Source: Sphyrna mokarran (Eukaryota). Taken from it: DNA of 64,000 bases. Both the position numbers and the translations under genes were made by a program. A model generated the notes under the pieces. That model did no database searches. It worked only from the letters and a program-made list of their open reading frames with translations, and was not told the DNA's origin. Position 1 is the stretch's first letter. Every line of letters starts with the position of its first letter. The stretch covers positions 8,928,001-8,992,000 of the forward strand of contig JAGIQG010000029.1 in assembly GCA_024679065.1 (NCBI GenBank), in the 5' to 3' direction. Shown in pieces: positions 1 to 12,700 of this stretch.

Positions 1-283
1 TTGATTCCCGGCTTGGGTCGCTGTCTGAGTGGTGTTTGCACATTCTCCTCGTGTCTGCGTGGATTTCCTGCAGATGCTCCGGTTTCCTCCCACAATCCAA
101 AAATGTGCGGATTAGGTTGATTGGTCATGCTAAAAATTGCCCCTTAGAGTCCTGAGATGCATAGGTTAAAGAGATTAGGGGTAAATATGTCAGGATGTGG
201 GGTAGAGCCTGGGTAGGATTATGGTCAGTGCAGACTCAATGGACTGAATGGTCTCTTTCTGTGCTGTAGAGTTTCTATATTTC
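1..283 (+). mobile_element. HE1-like V-SINE (cut by window start) with CR1-type tail
   Basis: V-domain core gtttgcacattctcctcgtgtctgcgtgg...ctccggtttcctcccaca; tail ggactgaatggtctctttctgtgctgtag. Confidence 0.85.
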
Positions 284-1949
284 TTTTATGTTTTTAAATA
301 CTTCAATTGCCCCATTTGTCTACCCCCATTCAAGATTTCCATTATATGCTCGTGTGATAACTGGCTTTCTGATTTTCAGTCTTGATTGGTCGTGCTCAGA
401 TGTGGAAGATTTTGCCCCCTTGTTTTGGTTTTGTGTTGACTATTTTGATTATCACACTCTGCTGCAGTGAACGCAACCTTAAACTGAGGCTAATCAAAGG
501 TTGGTTTTATTTTATGTATCGTGTATTCTATAAAGTTTTACACTTAAACAGCTCCAAATATCTGTCCAATTTTTCTCATTTCCCCAGCCCCACCTTTATT
601 TTCTTCATTACCCAGCGCTCCATTCTTGCTTCTCATTAATCTCTCTGTTCTATAACCGAGACTCATGGCTCTTTTTACTTGCTACAGGTAATGGCTTTAT
701 TTGGGATATCTGGCAAGAGATGGTAGAATTTTTGAGATCTGGTAAATGGTCTGCTTGCATGCTTTAAGTAAAGTGTAATTGCAACGCTTTATAGATTTTT
801 TTTTGGGGAAGAGGTCTTTAGTGCTAGTGAGGAAATGAGGGGTCAGTGAAACTAAAATGGCAAAGCAAGACCCAGTGGAGTGAAAAAGGTACTTTGCAAA
901 ACAAAATTAGGCCTGCCCACCAATTGTCCATTCTCCAGATTTTTTTAACAATTTAAAATCCTGTGGTGAGAGTTGAACTTGTGTTCCCACGCCTGTGGAT
1001 TACTAGCCCAGCAACAATACCACTATTCCACTGGGCATGATTAGCAATAGAGAAACAAGGCAGACAGCTGAGTTTCTCCAGGAGACCAATGTAGTAACGG
1101 CATAAGTGATGGGGAGGCTGATGAGAGAGATGCTAGAAATTCTGAAGTAGTAATCAGATTTTGGAGTAACCGCAGAGTGCTAGGTGTCTTATTGGCTGCT
1201 TGTTATCAGTTCAAATTACTTTACCTATTTGTTCCTGACTTAAAATGCCCTGTGCCTATTTTGGAAATGGATGGAACATTGACGCTTGGTTACAAGCCTG
1301 TGACATTGATGTTTCAGTCCTTGACAACACAACTGACACGGATGCACAGTTAGTGAAGTTGAGCAAGTTACTGACTCTGTTTTTCAGCATCCAGTGAGAT
1401 GCTTCTGAGATCTCAACCTCGGTGTCAGGATTGTGGAGAAGTAAAGGGTAAATTATTTAAAGTGTATATATTTGTCCAAGAATTTAAAGTGCACAATCAC
1501 TTTCTGTAATGAAAACTAAAATATAAAATCAGTTCTCTACTGCAGTACATTTAAGGGTTAATTCTTCTCTTTCCTCTTCCCCACACATTGTGGGTTGAAA
1601 CTGGGCACCGTTTAGGAAAATGTGGTGATATGAAATGCTTTTATTTAAGTGTCACTAATCTGTTCAAAATTAAATGTTAAATTAGCTGATAGAGGTTTCC
1701 TGTGAACATTTTGAGAGGCTATATGGTAATACTCAGAGCTTAGTTTCAGGTCATAAGTTTCCAAGATGTTGCAGCTGTATCAATTATGCATCCTAGCACA
1801 TTGGAACAACCGTCCCTATCCCAGTGGCCATCCTTCATTTGAGTTTAGACAGCGAATATTGGTAGGTTATCTTACAAAGCCTTCACAGTTGAGCCCAAAT
1901 CTGTTGCCTGTCAGGTCAATAATCAGGTGTGGGGAGTAGATTCAGAGCT

Positions 1950-2085
1950 CAGTTTAAAATCTTATCCAAAAGATTGCACCTGCAACAATGAAGTGCTGAG
2001 TTGGTCCTGCACTTGAGTGTCAAGCTACAGTCTGGAATGGAACTTAAACCCATTGTTGACTTGAGACGTGAAATGCTGCAACCAA
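1950..2085 (-). mobile_element. Degraded DeuSINE/SacSINE1-like fragment (head and Deu domain)
   Basis: tcttatccaaaagattgcacc...gagtgtcaagcta...tggaatggaacttaaaccc resembles the reverse complement of the Deu-domain consensus. Confidence 0.55.
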
Positions 2086-2316
2086 TATCATTGTGTTCAT
2101 TTCACATCAGTGTTAAATCTGAAAGCTATATCTCATCAATTCTATAACTGACCTTGTTTGGATGAGTGGCATGCATTCCAAATGCTAGGCATACAACTTA
2201 ACAGAACACAAATAATTGTTTCAAGGGCTTCAAGGCCAGTTATAGAATAGATTAAATGCTAAATGATATGAATTTAGCACTTTCTGTTTGTCTGTTGTCA
2301 CGGGTTGTCATCTTTG

Positions 2317-2531
2317 CAGAAGAGCAGGGAAATTCTCCCTCTTGTCTTGGCCAAAATCTATCCCTTATCCAACACCATTAAAACAGATTTTCTGGGCATT
2401 TACCTTACAGCTATGTGCAAATTGGCTGTGACGTTTCCTACATTACAACAATGACTGCACTTCAAAAATCACTGGCTGTAAAATGCTTTGGCAATCATTT
2501 GTTCACGAAAGATGCTACATAAACGCAAGTC
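2317..2531 (+). mobile_element. DeuSINE/SacSINE1-like 3' half
   Basis: gaagagcaggg...tgtgcaaattggctg...tttcctacattacaaca...gctacataaacgcaagtc; similar copies near 15060-15372, 28320-28495 and 33870-34190. Confidence 0.65.
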
Positions 2532-4034
2532 TAGAGAGTGCGAATCTGGTTAAAGACCTAAAATGTGTGAATGAAACGTTTGAATGCTCCCTCCTGCCAG
2601 GAGTTTCACCACTTCTCATTCCAGATTCCGAATGGAATCTGTTTCCAAAATCCGGCAATAATTGCATTATAACCACAGCATTAGCATGAAGCGAAACTGC
2701 TTCACAGCAAAACCTAGTGTGAATGTCCCCTTAAGCTTGCTTGCTCCATCACGACAAGTGGCAAGGCTGATTTTTTTTTTTTTTATCAACCTCATTTCCC
2801 CCAATTGCTTTGTGCCTGATTTTATAGAAACTGGAGGAAAGCACATTAGTTTCCTATCAACATGTGTTTAGAGTGTGTGAGCAGAATCCACGCCATCGTG
2901 GCTGATAGAGGAATATCATGTTTAATTTGAGTCACTAAGCTCTGACATTAAGGCCACTGATTTTCGATCCTCCCAGGAACTGTGATTTTTTTTCTAACAT
3001 TAAAATCCCACTTAATAAAAATGGACTTGAATTCCTGGTGGCTCAATGGTTGTAATTACATATTAACAATTCTGTGCATTTTGATCCACAAAACACCAGG
3101 AAATTATCTGCGAATTCCATGCAAATCTAAAATGGTAATTGGACAAATTTAGGCCTTTGGCATTAGCTAACCTCGGAGCACTGTTCTGAAGTGCGGTAAC
3201 TTTGTTAGAATGTCTTCCCCAAGATTACTGACTTGAGTTTTTAATCCATCCTGAGTCGAGGTGTTTGACAAACCAAGTATATAGGTTTCTTTAAAGTGTT
3301 GGCATCCCACTCCCCGCTGACTGTGTTTGTGAACTTGATTACAGACATTTGGGATGTGAAATGGGACACCTAGTGACAGCTGGAAACTGACATCATGAAG
3401 CAATGCTCAGCTTCTGCTTGTTATTGTGGGTCATAGTGTAATAGCTTTCAACATTCAAATCTGCCCCTTTTTTTTAAAAGGCTAAAGGAGTGGAGATTTC
3501 TGCTGTCTTATTTGCTGTTATATCAAAAGCGAACCCACTCTCCCAGTTGTTGGGAGTTGATGAATGACTGTGCTGTGGCGAGTGTGCCATCCTTTACCCA
3601 CCATACCCATACTGCACTCTCCATCTGTGACCTGTTTTGTCAAGCCACCTGATTCTGACTGCAGATGACATTGCCCGTGCAAACATTTCCTGGAATGGGA
3701 AACCCTTTCGATTGAATTCGACTTCTTTTTAGCGTCCCTACCCAGTGAATCTGTGTGTTCAATTTCTTCTGAAAATGTACGAATATTGTTTTTAAAAAAA
3801 AACACACTCTCGCATTGAGTTTGAATTGGAGCAGTTCAGGAAGTGACTCTTTCTAATTTTATTTTAGTAAGTGTATACTGATACTAGTTTACTCAGATGC
3901 CTGCAGTTACAGATATAACTGCGTGCTCGTGGTAGTATCAACTCTCTATTTCCAAATTGATCTAGAATTACTTCCGCACTTTATTTATAGATTGTTGTCT
4001 AGGTCTCAATTTTTTTTAAATGTAGATTTGTATC

Positions 4035-4293
4035 CATAGAATTCCTACAGTGCAGAAGAAAGTCCTTTGGCCCATCGAGTCTGTACTAGCCCTCTGAAAG
4101 GAAGGCTCTGTGCATTCATAATAATCCATCTAATGTGTGTGTTTTTGGATTGACGAAACAGGAGCAGCTGGATTAAACCCATGCAGACATGGGGAGCATG
4201 TGTAATCTCCACACAGCCTCCCAGGGCGGAATTGAACCCAGGTCTGTTATGCTGCAAGGCAGATGCGCTAACCACTATGCCATTGTCCTGCTC
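4035..4293 (-). mobile_element. HE1-like V-SINE
   Basis: Reverse-strand tRNA head (gaattgaacccagg...gctaaccactatgcc), V core and CR1-type tail (cctacagtgcagaagaaag). Confidence 0.8.
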
Positions 4294-4468
4294 ACCACTG
4301 TGCCTTACGTATTTTATTAGCTGTTAGACTCAGCAGAATTGGGGCATTGTAGCAAATGCAGAAGTAATAATTAACATAGTTTTGTGCTACGCTATGGACC
4401 TTGCATTGAAATGGTGAATTTTAATTAAAATAAATGGTTTTGCAATGAATTGTGAGAAAGTATTTCGC

Positions 4469-5300
4469 AAATAAAAACAAAAAATGCTGGAAATGTTCAG
4501 CAGGTCAGGCAGCATCTGAGAAAGGTTGATGGATGACCTTTTATCAGAATTAAGCACAGTTAGAGATGTAAGAAGGGACATTTTTAAAAAAAAACAATTG
4601 CTGGGTGGTGGGCAGGAGAGATTAAGTAACAAAAGCTTCTGTGATCGAGAAGCCAAAGAGAATGGTAATGTAAACAAAGAAATGAGGCATGAATGGCTTT
4701 GTAGCAGCTGTAAAATGAAGTGATAAAGAAGTGACAAAGAAATCCATCAAAAAACGCTGCAAGCTGGAGGCAGGGATTATAATCTAAAGTGGTTAAACTC
4801 CATGCCAAATCCACAAGGTGTGGCACACTTGAAGAAAAGATTTAGTTCTGTTTCTTAAGCTCATGTTATGCTTATGTTGAACTTCATTTCAATCCTATAG
4901 CAAACCAAGGATAGAAAAGTCAGAGTAGAAGCAAGATGGAGAATTAACATAACAAGCGGCTTGCGGACTGGACGGAGCTGTTCTGCAAAATAGTCCCCTG
5001 ATTTATGGGCCACGTGGTGAATAGTGAATACTAACTTGGAAGTAATGCAAGAAAATTGATATTTCACTTTTGGATGGTGTGAAGGAAGGAGGGGAGAGTT
5101 CAGGTGTTGCGTTTCCTGAGCTTGTAATGGATAGGGAAATTGGGGTGATGGGGTGGGAGGAGTGATGTGGCTGGTAGTGGTTTGGGGTGACTGGGATGTG
5201 GACCAGGGTGTTGTTGAGGGGATGGTCACTTTCAAGTCAGTGTGTCAGACAAGGGGTGGAATTTCAGTTGGAATGAGTTGAAGCTGGAGATGGTGGTTGA
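4469..5300 (-). mobile_element. Old Penelope-like element (second family), degraded GIY-YIG region plus 3' end
   Basis: ORF 4861-5235 contains FSCITSKLVFTI...FAEQLR (GIY-YIG-like F-x-C-x-S-x-N-x-V-Y...F-x-E-H); 3' end cagatgctgcctgacctgctga...ccagcatttt recurs near 13320-13400, 21320-21425 and 36960-37020. Confidence 0.6.
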
Positions 5301-7162
5301 GGAAGGAAATGTGGTTATGGAATTTTTGCAAGATCATTGATCAAACATAAGGGGAATGGGAAACAAAAGGTGAACAAATATAGAAATGATGAATGAAAAG
5401 TCCTGTTGGAGAGAACTTCAAGGTAGGCATTCTGAGCAGAGGTAAAGAAAGAATGCAAATTAAACGCTAATAGTTTCCCCAAACGTACTTGGAGTCAAGA
5501 ATATAAGATGTATTAAGGAAAGTCTCCCTTTGAAATAATACCTTGCAATATTTAACATGATTCTCACTAAACAAATAATTTATATCTGGCAAATTCCAGC
5601 CTTTTTTAAAAAAAAAAAAAATTTTTGGCCTACAATTTTTGTGCTATGAAGTAATGTGATGTGATATAATCCACAGTTCTTCTAAGTGAAACAGTAATTT
5701 ATTTATATTTTCAACTTGGTGTACTGTATTCGCTATTCATGATGTGGTCTTCTCTACTTTGTGGACGCCAAAAGTAAACGGTGGAACAGATTCATTCAGT
5801 CCACAAGCATGACCCAAGCTTCCTGTTGCTCACCTTTTAATTCTCCGTCTTTCTCCTACTCTGACTGGACGGGAATGAAAGGAAGTGTTTGGACCAAAAG
5901 TAGAGTTTCAAAACTACAGTCGATTCCCAATCTCTCTTGAATGCTTTTTTTTAAAAGGTGACAGAGGAGCCTGACAACATACACTGACAGCTGTAATTTT
6001 CAAGTGGAATAGTTAAGGGGCTGGACAGGGGCCACATGATTGATTGATTGAACAGAAAAGTACATTTGTGCAGATAGATCCACCATCAATGTGAAATAAA
6101 GCATTTAAAATTAACCCACTTGTATCTGAATTTGATTGTTGATTATTTGAATTCTATGTCCCGCTCCCACCTTGACCTCTCTGCTCTCGGCTTTTGTTCT
6201 AATTGTTACAAAGTGCACATGGACACCATCCCGAGAATAATGCTTAACCACTCGTTATATTTTGCCTCATAATCTGTTAGTGAGTGTTCTTCAGCAACTT
6301 TGTGGTTAAATCAAAATAACTACCTGACACACTAATTTATCTAACAGTGAACATGTTAACCAAGCTATTAACCAAACCGAATAAAACATTTTTTTCTAAT
6401 GGCATGCTGATTAGATAATACAGTTCCCACTTTTTAACACAAAAATAGAATTTTAGTCACTCTCTGAATTGCAACCAAGTTTGTCATTTTTTTGGAATAT
6501 CTGAGCATACTGTGATACTTCTGTCTGGAACTTTTTGTCTTTGGTACCTCCGGCTATTGAGTTGAATTTTCTCTTGAGGCAAAAATAAGACTGTTATCTG
6601 GGCAGTTACTATTTCTGCTTATTGTCCAATTTGCTGCATACCTGTGATTACAAATCGACATCTCCCACAATATGATTAGTCTCAGGTTGCCAAAACCAAA
6701 GTTAAATCTAATATGTTGCAGGTATTCAAGTACCCGATTTTAAACTGGTTAAGTTTGAATGCCTGTTACCAAGGCAATCCTACTGCTTGGCTTTCAATAC
6801 AAATGTTTGGACACTGTGCACTGCAACTGTTTTTAACTTTCTAATCTAGCTTCAAGAAGGCACCAGTATTTATTTGATAGCCCTCCCATTGAATCTGAAG
6901 AATGTGGTGTAGACGTTAATGAAATTTCTCTAGTGCTCTTGTGTGTCTCTAATATATAGACCAGGTCTCTCAGGAATGCAGTGACCATAACTGCGCTGTT
7001 CATGGGACTTTTGTTGACTTTGTTGTCAAACATTTGCAACTGAAGTTTGTAGAAGGTTGAACTAGTGCAGTTGACCCAGTTTTAGATCTCTTTGGTGGCC
7101 TTCTAAGAGAGTTGACCGTCAAGGTATGGGAAGTACAAACATGTTGCAGTTTCTTACTTAGC

Positions 7163-7270
7163 ATAGAGAATGCGCAAACTCCCACAGACACAGGCCCAAA
7201 TCCATGTATCTGCACAGCACAGCGATAGTCACTGAGCTGTCGTATTGCCCATAGGCGGTGACCAGGTTTT
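7163..7270 (-). mobile_element. Fragment of the variant V-SINE cassette found in CR1 3' UTRs
   Basis: Near-identical to 7786-7873 (aaactcccacagacacaggcccaaatccatgtatctgcacagcacagc). Confidence 0.75.
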
Positions 7271-7289
7271 GGTTCATGTTGAAGCGTAC

Positions 7290-7555
7290 TTATTAATGTC
7301 ATAAATAGGCTTATATTAACACTAATGAAGTTACTATGAAAATCTCCTAATCGCCACACTCTGGTGCCTGTTTGGGTACACAGAGAGAATTTAGCATAGC
7401 CAGTGCATCTAACCAACACATCTTTGGACAGTGGGAGAAAGCCGGAGCACCTGGAGGAACCTCCATGTAGACACGGGTAGAATGTGCAGACTCTACAGAG
7501 ACAGTGACTCAACTTCGATCCTTATGAGGCAGCAATACTAACCATTGTGTCACCC
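7290..7555 (-). mobile_element. V-SINE with alternative (non-CR1) tail
   Basis: V core followed by tail gtgtggcga(c/t)tagg...cagtaacttcatt..gtgttaat.taagcct..ttgtgac; same tail at 10545-10620, 12620-12700, 14310-14400 and 24615-24675. Confidence 0.75.
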
Positions 7556-7558
7556 TGA

Positions 7559-8097
7559 TGAACAAAACAGCACGGGGAACAGGCCCTTCGGCCCAATGAG
7601 CCCGCGCCGCCACCCCGATGTTCCCACCTCAACCTGTGATCCCTGTCTGTGTTTATAGATCTATGGATTAAAAAACCAAATTTGAGACAATTTAGGGAGA
7701 ATTTGTTTTGCCAATTAGCCTAAGAGCACATCTTTGGGATGTGGGAGGAAACCGGAGTGCCTGGAGAAAACCTACGCAAGCACGGGGAGAATGCGCAAAC
7801 TCCCACAGACACAGGCCCAAATCCATGTATCTGCACAGCACAGCCATAGTCACTGAGCTGTTGTGTTGCCCATCAAATGGTCCAGGTCAAACGTACACTA
7901 ACGACATGAAGCACTAGGATACTCTCAAAAGATCCAAGAGCAGCCCTCTCACGACCCATCGCGTGTATGCCCCTCATTAGACGACAAGGTGGACCAAAGC
8001 ACCTGTAGGATAAAAACAAGTACATCAATATCATCGTCTATTTACACCAGGGACTCCCAAGGCTCATGATCCCTATTTTAAATCAGTTTTCTATACC
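7559..8097 (-). mobile_element. 5'-truncated CR1 LINE copy consisting of the V-SINE-containing 3' UTR
   Basis: Reverse complement of 49845-50392, ending in gggccgaagggcctgttccccgtgctgttttgttc. Confidence 0.85.
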
Positions 8098-8706
8098 AGT
8101 TTTGCTTTGGCAACATTCATGGACACGTGACAGTCTAACTTGCAGAATTGAAGAAATTGAACATGCTTTGCAAATCTAGTGCAGGATGGACAACGGCACT
8201 ATTATCACCTGCAAACTATAGATCACGTATACCTGTTCATATGGTCAGTTTAGGTATGAGACAAAGGTGACCTGATGTTAAAGGGATTTCCTTTCGTGAT
8301 GACAAATACTCAGTTGATCAATGAATAAATAGTGTTGGGTAGACTGGAGGCTATCTCACAGCGTTGCTTAACTCCAGTCCAGATTTTGAAGGTGACCGAC
8401 TCAGATCTCCCACTCAACGCTTACAGGATTGTGATGAATTTGGCCATTGACAGAATTTTACGATTTACTTAGCTCAATAAATGCAACTGTAGTTTCCTCA
8501 ACATTTGTTGTGGAGATTTGCCCACCAACAAAGATCATGTCAAAGGTTCCTCTGGAAGGCCTACAGCCACGCTGTCTCTTGGACGATTCCCTCAGCCAAA
8601 GGAAGTAGGTGATTCAGAGGAATGTGTGCCTTGATTTTCTCTGCTAATGAACAAGGAAATAGCCCTCGGTAATTCAGGGTGAGAGTAGGCACTATACAGT
8701 TTTCAA

Positions 8707-8966
8707 CCATAGAGTCTCTATAGTGTAAAGAAGCCATCCGGCCTATCAAATCTTAATCCATTGTTAAAAGAAAATTCATCCCTGCCTTCTCCTCCACTCT
8801 CTATCTAGTAACACCATGTGCTTGCTACGGCCAATCCACTTAGTCTATACATTTTGGATTGAGGGGGAACCAGAGCACTTGGAGGAAACCCACGCAGATA
8901 TGGAGAGAACTGAACCAGTGTCTCTGCTGTGACGCAGCGGTGCTAACCATTATTCCATCATGCTGT
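8707..8966 (-). mobile_element. HE1-like V-SINE
   Basis: ggaggaaacccacgcaga core and gctaaccattattccatc head on the minus strand. Confidence 0.7.
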
Positions 8967-9281
8967 TCATTTTTAGTCTCCTGGAGATCAACAATTCCAA
9001 ATTTTTTTATTTGAACAGCGGTTTGTGACGATTCTGCTGTTTCTTTATCTTCTCAAATAGATCAGTCTTTTGTCCCATTACCATCTTTTGCCTCCTGTCA
9101 TTATACCTTTGGGCATTTAAATCTCTCTTGCCTTCCACCATTGCAGAACTTTGCCTTTTCTAAACCTGATGGTTTTTCAGTTCTAACGAAGATCATTGAC
9201 CTGAGAATTCTCCCTCTGCTGAGTTTTTTTAAATTTCAGGTTTCCAGTGCTGTGTGCTTTACCTTGATACTCATCATCATT

Positions 9282-9520
9282 AGAATCCCTATAGTACAGA
9301 AGGAGGTCATTTGGCCCATTGAGTCTGCATCGATCACATTTCCACCCAGGCCCTATTCCCGTAATCTGGTGTATTTATACTGCTAATCTTCCTGACACTA
9401 AGGTCAATTTCACCATAGCCAATCAATCAAACGTGCACGTCTTTGGAGTTGGGAGGAAATAGAAGCACCTAGAGGAAACCCACGCAGACACTAGAGAATA
9501 TGCAAGCTCCACAAATAGTC
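9282..9520 (-). mobile_element. HE1-like V-SINE
   Basis: agaatccctatagtacagaaggagg tail and gaggaaacccacgcagaca core. Confidence 0.75.
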
Positions 9521-9534
9521 ATTGCTGGCTATGC

Positions 9535-9852
9535 TATTGCTGGGTCAGCATTTATTGCTCATCTCAAGGACGTTTAAAAGTTAATCACATTGCTATGGAT
9601 CTAGAATTGCACGTAGGCCAGACCAGATAAGGATGACAAATTTCCTTTCCTAAAGGACATTAGTGAGCTAAATGGGTTTTACAACACTCAACATTTGTTT
9701 TCATGGTCATCATTGGATTTTGATTCCAATTTTTATCAGATTAAAATTTTACCATCTGCCATGGTGGGATTTGAATTTGGGGCCCCAGAGTATTATCCTG
9801 AATCTTCTGGTTTAGTTGTCGAGCGATAGCATCACCATGCCACTGCCTCCCT
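9535..9852 (-). mobile_element. tRNA-headed bipartite SINE sharing its head with the LINE at 21954 and 43281
   Basis: gtaggccagaccag...tttcctttcctaaagg...ccatggtgggatttgaa is the reverse complement of the 21960-22190 segment. Confidence 0.6.
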
Positions 9853-10364
9853 TGCTTTTAGAATAGTTAATATTCGTCAAGAGTTTGACCTCAGGTGCTA
9901 TTATTTATTGTTTGCATTGTCCCTGCTGTAGTGTAGGGAAGGAGAACACCCAATTTTTGCATCACAAGACCCCACAACAGAAAGATGAATGATGAGATAA
10001 TCAGTGTCTGAGAGATAAATGCTGCCCATATTATAGGGCAAATTTCCTTTTCAATAATGCACTGGGCAGAGTAGCTATTGGAATTGTGGCAAATCTGATA
10101 ATATAATACTTCAGTAGCACATTTGAAAAAAGATTTATTTTGATCCTGCAGGAAACAAGAAACACTGATATGGCTTAACTGATGTCATGCTCAGTTTCAG
10201 CATTATCTAGTCTGAACTTGAGCAAGTTTTTATATTTTTAAAACTGGGGACACAAGGTTGAAAAGATGGCTGCCTGAGGAGCCACTTAACATCTTTCTTT
10301 GAAACTACTCCCCTGTCTTGAGGGAACAGAGGAACGTTTCTCCATTGTGAACCAATGTTCTTGC

Positions 10365-10622
10365 ATGGTTAGCACCGCTGCCTCTTAGTGCTAGGACCCG
10401 GGTTCGATTCCTGCTTGGTCACTGTTTGTGTAGAGTTTGCACGTTCTCCCTGTGTCTGCAAGGATTTCCTCTGGATGCTCTGATTTCCTCCCACGGTCTG
10501 AAAGATGTGCTGGTTAGGTGCCCTGACCTGAATAGGTGCCCAAGTGTGGCAACTAGGAGCACTTCACAGTAATATTATTGCCGTGTTAATGCAAACCTTA
10601 CTTGTGCTAATAGATAAACTTT
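10365..10622 (+). mobile_element. V-SINE with alternative tail
   Basis: tggttagcaccgctgcctc...ggttcgattcc (A/B boxes), V core, tail gtgtggcaactagg...cacagtaa. Confidence 0.8.
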
Positions 10623-10744
10623 TAATCCAAAAAGATATCACTAAATTGAGTGGGTCATTTAAAAGGAAAGACACCAATTGTCTTGAACCCTCAGTAGTTA
10701 AACCACAGCACAAGACATTTGACCTCTGTCTACACTTCCAGTGC

Positions 10745-11060
10745 TTCAGAAATAATTAAAGAACCCGTGCAACCTGGCCATTTTCTCTTCCACCTTCTTC
10801 CATTGGGGGAAAAACATATAAAAATCTGAGGTCTTGTGCCAACAACTCAAGAACAGCTTCACTGCTGCTGTCAGACTTTTGAATGTACTTCGCCCCCCCC
10901 CCCCCCCCCCCCCCCCCCCCATTTAAGTTTTCTTTACATTCTCTGGCTATAACTGTAACACTACATTTTGCACTCTCTCCTTGCCTTCTCTATGAATGGT
11001 CTGTATAGTGCATAATAAACAATATTTTTCACTGTATACTAATGCATGTAATAAATCAAG
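10745..11060 (+). mobile_element. Rex1/L2-like LINE 3' end with internal poly-C run (10893-10920)
   Basis: caactcaagaacagcttc...gtaacactacattttgcac...cactgtatactaatgcatgtaataaatc; related copies at 22452-22830 (-), 32095-32500 and 63435-63592. Confidence 0.6.
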
Positions 11061-12407
11061 GTGTTGGAATTGACTTGATCACGCTTATTTGGAAAGGGAA
11101 TTGGACTTTTAGAAAGTCACATGATAAGACAGCTAATCAGCTTTTTAAATTTTGTAGATTCTTTGCTGGAACTATCTATGCTATTAATTATACTGCCTCA
11201 GCAGCAATAAAGGATACCAGTTACAGACAAAACTGCACCAATACAATGCTACAGCCTGCAGAGAAACATGATTTAAATGTACTTCTCAAAAGCATAGTAT
11301 TATCAACCATCAAACTGGCAGCAAGTGATTCAAGTCAACTGCCTGGTGAGCAGAGGTCCTAGTAGAGGGAGTGAGACACCTTGATCTGTTTCACCTTAAC
11401 AACTCATCTAAGAACCAGCCTCTTGGCAATTCAACTGCAGGAAACCTCTGTCTGCTGTGAAGTCATCACTTTACAAAAATCCTCACTTCAACTTTAAAGC
11501 TTCAGAACCATGCAAGAAGCTACAGGTCTCTTGCAGGAGCTGAAGATGAGAGAGCAGGGACACAGATAATTGTAAATTGTAACATTGTTACTTCACATAC
11601 ACCTAATCTTAGCATGTTTAATTTGGGATAAGTGTATAAGAATAAATTCTCAAGTTTGTTGCTGGGATAACTTATTTGCGGCATGCACTTTTGAGCGTAA
11701 GGAAATAAACGTATCTTTTCTTACAAAACATACACTAAAGAAACACAACACACACTGTGATAGTGAATGAAGTGTAGGATTTTATTTTTGTTTTTGAAAA
11801 ACTTGTTTGAATGCACCAGTCAACTGAGAGCAGTGGGATAGAAGAGAGCAAAATAGAAATGACCAAAACACACCAAGAAAAGTCTGGAATTAACAAAAGT
11901 TCATTTGAGCTCATCGTTCTCAAACCCAAACTTTTCCATTATGACATCTGTGTGAATAATTTTATCCCTCTAAACCTGCCTGACTGACTTCAAAATATAT
12001 CCTTTTGAGGAAAGATTTGCATGGTACAGTTTAATTTTTCTTTTTGCTGGTTATTGAGTGTTCTGGTCCTACGTGCTTGACTGGCTTTGCGGTAATAATC
12101 TGGAGTCACTTCATCTATGCTACTTCAATATTTTTAAACACTTTGTGATCTACCCTCCACTGCCTTTCTAGGCTTGAATCTCTGCTTTTCCAATCTCGCT
12201 TCAGTAAGTGGTTCTACATTTGGTGCTTCTCTAGTTTTGGTTTTGGGTGCTGTGTATCAGTGCATCAGTGCTCCGTGCATACATCGCTGAAACCAGTTCT
12301 GCTGTTATTAGGTGTACTTTTTGTGAGATTCCATATAAATGTAGTTTTGGCGCTTCCATGTGCAATAACTACCTGAAAACCCATTCATTTACACAGATGC
12401 ACCCTGT

Positions 12408-12700
12408 GGGCAACATGTGGCACAGTAGTTAGCATTGCTGCATCACAATACTGGAGACCTGGGTTTGATTCCCAGCTTGGGTCACTATCTGTGCGGAATC
12501 TGTATGATGTTCTTATGTCTGTATGACTTTTCTCCGGGTGCTCCAGTTTCCTCCCACAATCTGAAAGATGTGCTGATTATCCATACTAAATTCTCCCCCA
12601 ATGTACCCGAACAGACATTGGAGTGTGGCGACTCGGGGATTTTCACAGTAACTTCACTGCAGTGTTAAATGTAAGCCTGCTTGTGACTCTAATAAATAGA
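12408..12700 (+). mobile_element. Full-length V-SINE with alternative tail
   Basis: gggcaacatgtggcacagtagttagc head, gggtttgattccc B-box, V core, alternative tail. Confidence 0.8.

Noticed and set aside
3400-3830. Unique enhancer-like segment with a STAT-type ttcctggaa site
   Set aside because: Short motifs occur by chance; conservation or chromatin data are needed.
10893-10920. Long poly-C tract as a G-quadruplex or i-motif element
   Set aside because: Simple homopolymer expansion within a LINE tail; its length is unreliable in assemblies.
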